In this document: in pieces, positions 21,428 through 22,730 of the stretch
Numbering within the stretch: the stretch's first letter is position 1
Layout of the letters: the number at the start of each line of letters is the position of its first letter
DNA from: Bugula neritina
Lineage: Eukaryota; Animalia; Bryozoa
Assembly: GCA_964035545.1 (NCBI GenBank)
Contig: CAXIUT010000071.1
Coordinates: 1 to 22,730, forward strand
DNA: 22,730 nucleotides
Reading direction: 5' to 3'
Translations under genes and position numbers: made by a program
The notes under the pieces: model-generated
What the model was told of the DNA's origin: nothing
Seen by the model: only the letters and a program-made list of their open reading frames with translations
Database searches by the model: none

Positions 21428-22483
21428 TCATTTTCCTTTCTTTCCTCTCTTAGCTCCTTTTGCCTTTCCTTTGGCCTTGGCTTTTGGCTTAGCTTTAGAT
21501 TTTGGCTTGCTCTTCTTCACTGACTTTGATTCGGCCTTCTTGACTGCTTTCTTTATACCTTTTGACTTTTATGATTTTTTAACTTCAACCTTTTTAGGTT
21601 TGGCTGCTGATTTAGGTTTAGACTTAGATTTAGAAGATTATTTTTGTTTGCTTTGACTTCCTTTTCTTTTTCTAGCAGCTTATTCTCTAGCTTATTTTTT
21701 CTTTTGTTTTAACTATTATTTTAATCTTCTTCTGGCTTATACTTCTTATTTACGTTTCATAGCTCTTGCTAGGACAGCTTTTCTTTTTTATTATCTTTTT
21801 TATTGTCTTTTTTGTTCTCTTTAAAGATTTCTTTTGGCAGCTCTTTTGACTCTTTATTCAGCCTTATGTAGTCTTCTCATTTTAGCTCTGTTTTCTTTAG
21901 TGATTCCATATTTTTTAAGTATTTTTTATTTATCTTAGACAAGCTGTTAATGATATTTTTAAAGTCTTTGTTCGTATTCAGCGATTCTATCTGAATTATC
22001 GATGTCAAGATCATTTTTTTATTTTTAATATTAATCTTCTAATTTTTTTTTTTCTTTTTGGCTTAAAGATTTCCAATCATTTTTGACCATCTTATTTATC
22101 TCAGATGAAGATGCATTCTTGTATTCTCTAGAATATTGAGCATATCTTTTTTTAACAAATCTTGAGTGAGGAACCAAAGGTTTCTTCTTTCCAGATAACT
22201 TTTCATACTAACTCCACAAATTATTCTTTTATCTCAGTCTAACGTTATAGATCTTTTCATAGTAGTCTTTTTTGTTGGCTGATAAGTTTTTCCATTAGAG
22301 TGCGAGTGATCTAGTGAGGGCATTCCAATCTTTTTCTCCTTTGGATCTTTCTTAGCTGGATCTTTCGAGGAAGAAGCGCATGTAGGGGTTCATGGGGGCT
22401 TTGGGTCTTTGAATGTCTGAGATTCCAAGTGAGGTTTAGAGATAGCGTTTGTATTCTTAATAGCTGTTGTCGTCCTGTTTCAT
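21428..22483 (-). CDS. Two-HMG-box protein with a charged helical linker and a Lys/Ala/Ser/Pro-rich histone-H1-like tail, 351 aa
   Basis: RPKAPMNPYMRFFLE...LALEWKNLSANKKDYYE and KKPLVPHSRFVK...MVKNDWKSLSQKEKKKLE. Tail KKSKPKSKAKPKAKAKGKAKGAKRGKKGK*. Confidence 0.9.
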
Positions 22484-22543
22484 CAAAAATTAGAGATAAG
22501 ATTTAAGAGGTTATGAACTATTTAAGTAGTTTTGATTAATAAT

Positions 22544-22571
22544 TACCCAATCAGAATTCAAAGTCCAATCA
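22544..22571. promoter_or_regulatory. Two CCAAT boxes (CCAATCA) upstream of the HMG gene
   Basis: TACCCAATCAGA at 22544-22555 and CCAATCA at 22565-22571. Close to the TATCCAATCARA element I recall from Tetrahymena histone promoters. Confidence 0.5.
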
Positions 22572-22636
22572 TTTCAAATCATCATTAACAAATATCAAAA
22601 CTACTATTGCAGCCAACCATATTTTAACATAACATC

Positions 22637-22730
22637 TTGGGGTTGGGGTTGGGGTTGGGGTTGGGGTTGGGGTTGGGGTTGGGGTTGGGGTTGGGGTTGG
22701 GGTTGGGGTTGGGGTTGGGTTGGGGTTGGG
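22637..22730 (+). repeat. Right telomere, (TTGGGG)n
   Basis: G4T2 repeats to the window end, with one G3T2 variant near 22717. Confidence 0.98.

Noticed and set aside
649-21656. Most ORFs in the supplied track (e.g. 649-834, 10580-10933, 14283-14687, 15763-15957, 15793-16017, 18546-18809, 21471-21656)
   Set aside because: They are antisense or off-frame shadows of real genes or of the minisatellite, produced by treating TAA/TAG as stops.
22717-22721. G3T2 variant repeat in the right telomere
   Set aside because: A single occurrence, indistinguishable from a homopolymer error.
1-22730. tRNA, rRNA, transposon or prokaryotic defence system
   Set aside because: I recognised no such motifs, and nearly all of the sequence is accounted for by protein-coding genes and short spacers.

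Overview
A telomere-to-telomere piece of a ciliate macronuclear genome: (C4A2)n at 1-93, (T2G4)n at 22637-22730, and a third, internal G4T2 tract at 8178-8252. The supplied ORF track is mostly misleading because TAA and TAG both encode Glu here (peritrich-type code, NCBI table 30) and TGA is the only stop. Re-read by hand in that code, the window holds about 17 tightly packed genes (most spacers 24-170 bp). They include CCT3, CDC14, an Mpo1/DUF962 dioxygenase, an HP1-like chromo/AT-hook protein, a large TPR protein, a MORN-repeat protein, a CCCH+WD40 protein, a coiled-coil/jacalin-like protein, and a two-HMG-box protein with an H1-like tail. Two signals stand out. First, 19 frame-required introns are all exactly 20 nt with the invariant pattern GTA-N11-A-NNN-AG. 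Second, the internal telomeric tract is a 72-nt (GTTGGG)12 block lying in frame inside a minus-strand ORF, where it reads (Asn-Pro)12. All translations and family calls are by eye; no searches were run.
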